A stretch of 55,323 nucleotides of DNA from an uncultured Anaerolineaceae bacterium (GTDB lineage: Bacteria; Chloroflexota; Limnocylindria; Limnocylindrales; CSP1-4): assembly GCA_964610835.1 (NCBI GenBank), contig CAZSWK010000005.1, forward strand, positions 1-55,323, given 5' to 3'. Positions within the stretch are counted from its first letter, which is position 1, and each line of letters starts with the position of its first letter. The notes beneath the pieces are model-generated. The model did no database searches. It saw nothing but the letters and a program-made list of their open reading frames with translations, and was not told where the DNA came from. Shown here in pieces: positions 51,752 to 55,323 of the stretch. Made by a program: the position numbers and the translations under genes.

Positions 51752-53065
51752 ATGCCTGCCGCAGACGACGATCGGGCGCGCGATCCCTCGCGTCGCGAGT
51801 TCTTCAGGACGTTCAGTCGCGACGCTGTGCGCAGCCTGGGCACGGCCGTGGGTGCGGCTGCCGAATTGCGCCGGAGCAGCACCGCCGCGGCCCGTGAGCT
51901 GCTCGACATGGGCACGATCGCCATGCGCCCCGAGGCCAGCGCCGAGCGGCTCCTGGCCACTCCCGCAGTCGAGGAGCAACGCCTGCCGGCGACCAGCGAG
52001 GCGACCTTCCGAAGCCCGTACCGTTACACCGGGCAGGAGTTGGTCCTCCTTGACCAGCGACGCCTGCCCGGTGCCGTGACGACGTTCGCGTGCGCCGACG
52101 CGAGCCAGGTTGCCTCGGCCATCCGCGATGGCGCAGTCAACCGCGGGCCGGTGCTCGCCGAGGTGGCGGCTTACACGCTGGCGGTGGCCGCGTGGGCGGC
52201 GACCGGACGGCCTCAGCCAAGCCTGGATCAGCACTTCAAGGCAGCGGCGAACACCCTGCGCGGGGCTCGCGCCGACGTGCACGCGCTGGCCTATGGCATC
52301 GAGCGCAGCGAAGCGCGCTATCGAGCGCACGCCGGCGACGAGGTCAGCGCCGAGCAGATGCGCGAGGAATTGAAACAAGAGGCCGACGAGATCGCCGCCG
52401 AGGCGACCACCGCGCATGCGCGCATCGGACAGCGTGCTGCCGCCGCGATCGTCGAGCTGGTCGCCGACTCTCAGCCGCCGGCCGGCGCCGCGGACGGTGT
52501 CCTACACGTATTGATGCATGGCGACATGGGGCCGCTCAGCTGTGGCCTGATTGGCACCGGGACCGCCGCGCTGGTGACCCTGATCGGCGCCGGGCGGCGC
52601 GTGCACGTTTGGCTGACCGAGGCCGGCCCGGGCAACGAGGGCGCCCGCATCGCCGCGCTGCAGCTCACCCAGCTCGATGTGCCACACACCATCGTCAGTG
52701 ACTCGGCGGTTGGTTGGGTACTGGCCAACCGGCCAGTCGCGGCGGTCATGCTGCGGGCGGACGTTGTATGTGCCAACGGCGACGTCGGCACGATCGTGGG
52801 TGGTGCCAACGTTGCCCAGCTGGCCGCGGCGACGTCGGTGCCCGTTGTCGTCCTGGCGCCGCGCTCTGCGTTCGATCCGGCAGCGGCCGATGGATCGGCT
52901 CTCACGGTCGAGACGCGGTCGGCATCCGAGAAGATCGTCGCGGGCGACGCTACGGATCTGGCGGACGGCCGCCCATCGGTCATCTTCGGGGTGCGGCTTG
53001 ATCCTCGCTCGGACGTGGTGCGGGCGGAGCTGGTCGGTCGCCTGATCAGTGAAGGGCCTGCCTGA
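51752..53065 (+). CDS. Divergent MtnA/eIF-2B-like protein (probable pseudo-isomerase)
   Basis: LVLLDQRRLP, IRDGAVNRGP, V.LTEAGP..EG, ADVVCANGD, DVVRAELV. Fold motifs are present but the canonical HCN, RP..QG and NKIG residues are altered. Confidence 0.8.
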   Translation: MPAADDDRARDPSRREFFRTFSRDAVRSLGTAVGAAAELRRSSTAAARELLDMGTIAMRPEASAERLLATPAVEEQRLPATSEATFRSPYRYTGQELVLLDQRRLPGAVTTFACADASQVASAIRDGAVNRGPVLAEVAAYTLAVAAWAATGRPQPSLDQHFKAAANTLRGARADVHALAYGIERSEARYRAHAGDEVSAEQMREELKQEADEIAAEATTAHARIGQRAAAAIVELVADSQPPAGAADGVLHVLMHGDMGPLSCGLIGTGTAALVTLIGAGRRVHVWLTEAGPGNEGARIAALQLTQLDVPHTIVSDSAVGWVLANRPVAAVMLRADVVCANGDVGTIVGGANVAQLAAATSVPVVVLAPRSAFDPAAADGSALTVETRSASEKIVAGDATDLADGRPSVIFGVRLDPRSDVVRAELVGRLISEGPA

Positions 53066-53067
53066 CC

Positions 53068-53943
53068 GTGTCTGCCACCACGCGCTCCGACACCGCCACG
53101 GCGCAGCGCACGCTGCGCATCAGCCCCACGCGCGATCGCGAGCTGCTGCGCGACTTCCTTGAGGGTGACCGCCTGCGTGCTGCGTACGCGCTGTGTGACC
53201 TCGAGGACCGCGAGTTCGCGCGGACCAAATGGGGCGTGGCCTTCGATGGCGACGAGCCGGTTGCAGTCGCGCTCGAGTACGGCGGGCTGACTCCCCAGCC
53301 GCTCTTTGTCATGGGCGATGGCGAAGCGATTCTGGCCGTGCTACGCGAGGTGATCCACCCACGCATCGTCTATCTCGCCGCCGATGAGTCGCTCCTGCCC
53401 ATGATCGGACGCGTGTATCGCATAGATCCAGGGCCGCAGATGATGCGCATGTGGGTCAGCCGCGACACCTTCCAGCCGCCTAAGGGCGTCGCCGCGCGGC
53501 TGGCGCCTGCGGACATCGTCGATCTCAACCGTCTGTACGGCCTCGGCTTCTCGGGCTGGCTGCCGGCCGAGTCGATCGCCCAGGGCGTGTATTACGGGGT
53601 GCGCGTCGGCGGCCGGCTGGTCGCCGCGGCGGGTACGCACGTCATCAGTCCACAGGCACGCCTCGGCGTCGTCGGCAATGTCCTGACCAGCGCCGATTTC
53701 CGCAACCGCGGCTTTGCCAAGCTGACCACCGGCGAGGTGACGCGCGAACTGCTGCGCACGTGCGATGAGGTGGTGCTGAACGTGCGTGCCGACAACCCGC
53801 CGGCCATTGCCGCGTACGAGGCGCTTGGCTACCGAGAGTACTGCCGCTTCGAGGAACGTCTGGCGCATCGTCGTGGAGCGCCCTGGGATAGCATCGTTGC
53901 CCAGCTGGGCCGGTTGTTGGTGCGCAACCGCCAGCCCACATGA
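53068..53943 (+). CDS. GNAT acetyltransferase (FR47-like C-terminal domain)
   Basis: LVAAAGTH, VGNVLTSADFRNRGFA, LNVRADNPPAIAAYEALGY. Confidence 0.9.
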   Translation: MSATTRSDTATAQRTLRISPTRDRELLRDFLEGDRLRAAYALCDLEDREFARTKWGVAFDGDEPVAVALEYGGLTPQPLFVMGDGEAILAVLREVIHPRIVYLAADESLLPMIGRVYRIDPGPQMMRMWVSRDTFQPPKGVAARLAPADIVDLNRLYGLGFSGWLPAESIAQGVYYGVRVGGRLVAAAGTHVISPQARLGVVGNVLTSADFRNRGFAKLTTGEVTRELLRTCDEVVLNVRADNPPAIAAYEALGYREYCRFEERLAHRRGAPWDSIVAQLGRLLVRNRQPT

Positions 53944-54019
53944 CGGCACCATGGCGCGGCCGCAGCCGGCTCCGGCTGGTACCTGCGCGGAGCCGGGGCT
54001 TCAGAAATAGGGAGTGATT

Positions 54020-55323
54020 GTGACAACTACGAACCTGGCGGACACCGCGGGCGCTGCGCGCCCCGGCACCGGCCAACCGGCCCACGACGTGGCCGACCTC
54101 GCGCTCGCCGGTGAGGGCAGGCGGCGGATCGAGTGGGCCGAGCGAGAGATGCCTGTGCTGCGCCTGATCCGCGAGCGCTTCGAACGTGAACGCCCACTCG
54201 ACGGCCTGCGCATCGGTGCCTGCCTGCACGTGACCACGGAGACGGCGAACCTGATGCGCACCCTCGCGGCGGGCGGCGCGAGCGTCGCGCTGTGCGCGTC
54301 CAACCCACTGTCCACCCAGGACGACGCCGCGGCGGCGCTCGTGGCGGAGTACGGGATCAGTACCTATGCCCGGCGCGGCGTGGACCGCGATGGCTACTAC
54401 GCTCACCTGAACGCCGTTGCCGACACGCAGCCGCAGCTGACCATGGACGACGGCTGCGACCTCGTCACGCTGCTGCACAAGGAGCGACCCGCCGATCTGG
54501 CCGGCGTGATGGCCGGCACCGAGGAGACGACGACTGGGGTCATCCGGCTGCGCGCGATGGCCGCCGACGGCGCGCTGCGCTTCCCGGTCGTGGCGGTCAA
54601 CGAGGCGCTCACCAAGCATCTCTTCGACAATCGCTACGGCACCGGCCAGTCCACTGTCGACGGCATCCTGCGGGCCACGAATATCCTGCTTGCGGGGCGG
54701 CGCGTGGTGGTGGCCGGCTACGGCTGGGTGGGCCGCGGCATAGCTACAAGGATGCGCGGCATGGGTGCGCAGGTGACGGTGGTCGAGGTCGATCCCGTGC
54801 GCGCCATCGAGGCGCTCATGGACGGCTTCCTGGTGATGACCTCGCTTGAGGCCGCCGCCTGGGGCGACGTCTTCGTGACGGCCACCGGCAACCTCAACGT
54901 CTTCCGCGCCGAGCACTTCAAGCTCATGCACGATGGCGCAATCCTGGCCAACAGCGGTCACTTCGACGCCGAGCTCCAGCTGCCGGCGCTGCACGAGATG
55001 GCCGGCGGCCGTATTCGCGAGGCACGCCGCAGCGTGCAGGAGTACGACCTGGGCGACAAGCGCCTGTACGTGCTGGGCGAGGGCCGGCTGGTGAACCTGG
55101 CCGCGGCCGAGGGACATCCGGCGGCAGTCATGGACATGAGCTTCGCCAACCAGGCACTTTCGGCCGAGTACGTCGCGCAACACCACGCCGAGCTCACGCC
55201 ACAGGTCTATGTCGTGCCCGAGGACATCGACCGCGAGGTGGCGCGTCTGAAGCTCGCGTCGCTGGGGATCAAGATCGATGAGATGACTGCCGAACAGGCA
55301 GCCTACGTCAGCTCATGGCAGCA
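54020..55323 (+). CDS. ahcY: Adenosylhomocysteinase (runs off the window end; absent from the ORF track)
   Basis: GTG after GGGAG; [59 protein letters not shown]. Confidence 0.97.
   Translation, partial: MTTTNLADTAGAARPGTGQPAHDVADLALAGEGRRRIEWAEREMPVLRLIRERFERERPLDGLRIGACLHVTTETANLMRTLAAGGASVALCASNPLSTQDDAAAALVAEYGISTYARRGVDRDGYYAHLNAVADTQPQLTMDDGCDLVTLLHKERPADLAGVMAGTEETTTGVIRLRAMAADGALRFPVVAVNEALTKHLFDNRYGTGQSTVDGILRATNILLAGRRVVVAGYGWVGRGIATRMRGMGAQVTVVEVDPVRAIEALMDGFLVMTSLEAAAWGDVFVTATGNLNVFRAEHFKLMHDGAILANSGHFDAELQLPALHEMAGGRIREARRSVQEYDLGDKRLYVLGEGRLVNLAAAEGHPAAVMDMSFANQALSAEYVAQHHAELTPQVYVVPEDIDREVARLKLASLGIKIDEMTAEQAAYVSSWQ

Overview
A 55.3-kb, GC-rich bacterial chromosomal segment. 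Chloroflexota, possibly a Limnocylindria/Ellin6529-like lineage, is inferred from the DUF5679-type microprotein, the gene order and frequent leaderless-type promoters. The backbone is housekeeping: udp-like, ROK-gap-pgk-eno, rpsT, lepA-hemW, CIRCE-hrcA-grpE-dnaK, dnaJ-prmA, HIT, rpsU-yqeY-pgpH-like-ybeY, pth-mfd, apt, MtnA-like, GNAT, ahcY (3'-truncated). Two accessory blocks interrupt it: an NDP-sugar modification cluster between rpsT and lepA, and a ~12-kb block between dnaK and dnaJ (VWA lipoprotein flanked by two copies of a palindromic repeat, Ssu/Tau-type ABC with Rrf2 regulator and candidate operator, HtrA, ABC-2 exporter, arrestin-like protein, YcaQ). The most unusual signal is a ~380-nt heavily base-paired non-coding region on the minus strand upstream of rpsU. 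Its 3' ~210 nt follow the order of RNase P RNA catalytic-domain landmarks but lack the universally conserved core nucleotides and a normal specificity domain. No transposase, integrase, tRNA, rRNA or CRISPR array was recognised. All calls come from reading motifs by eye; no database search or folding program was run.
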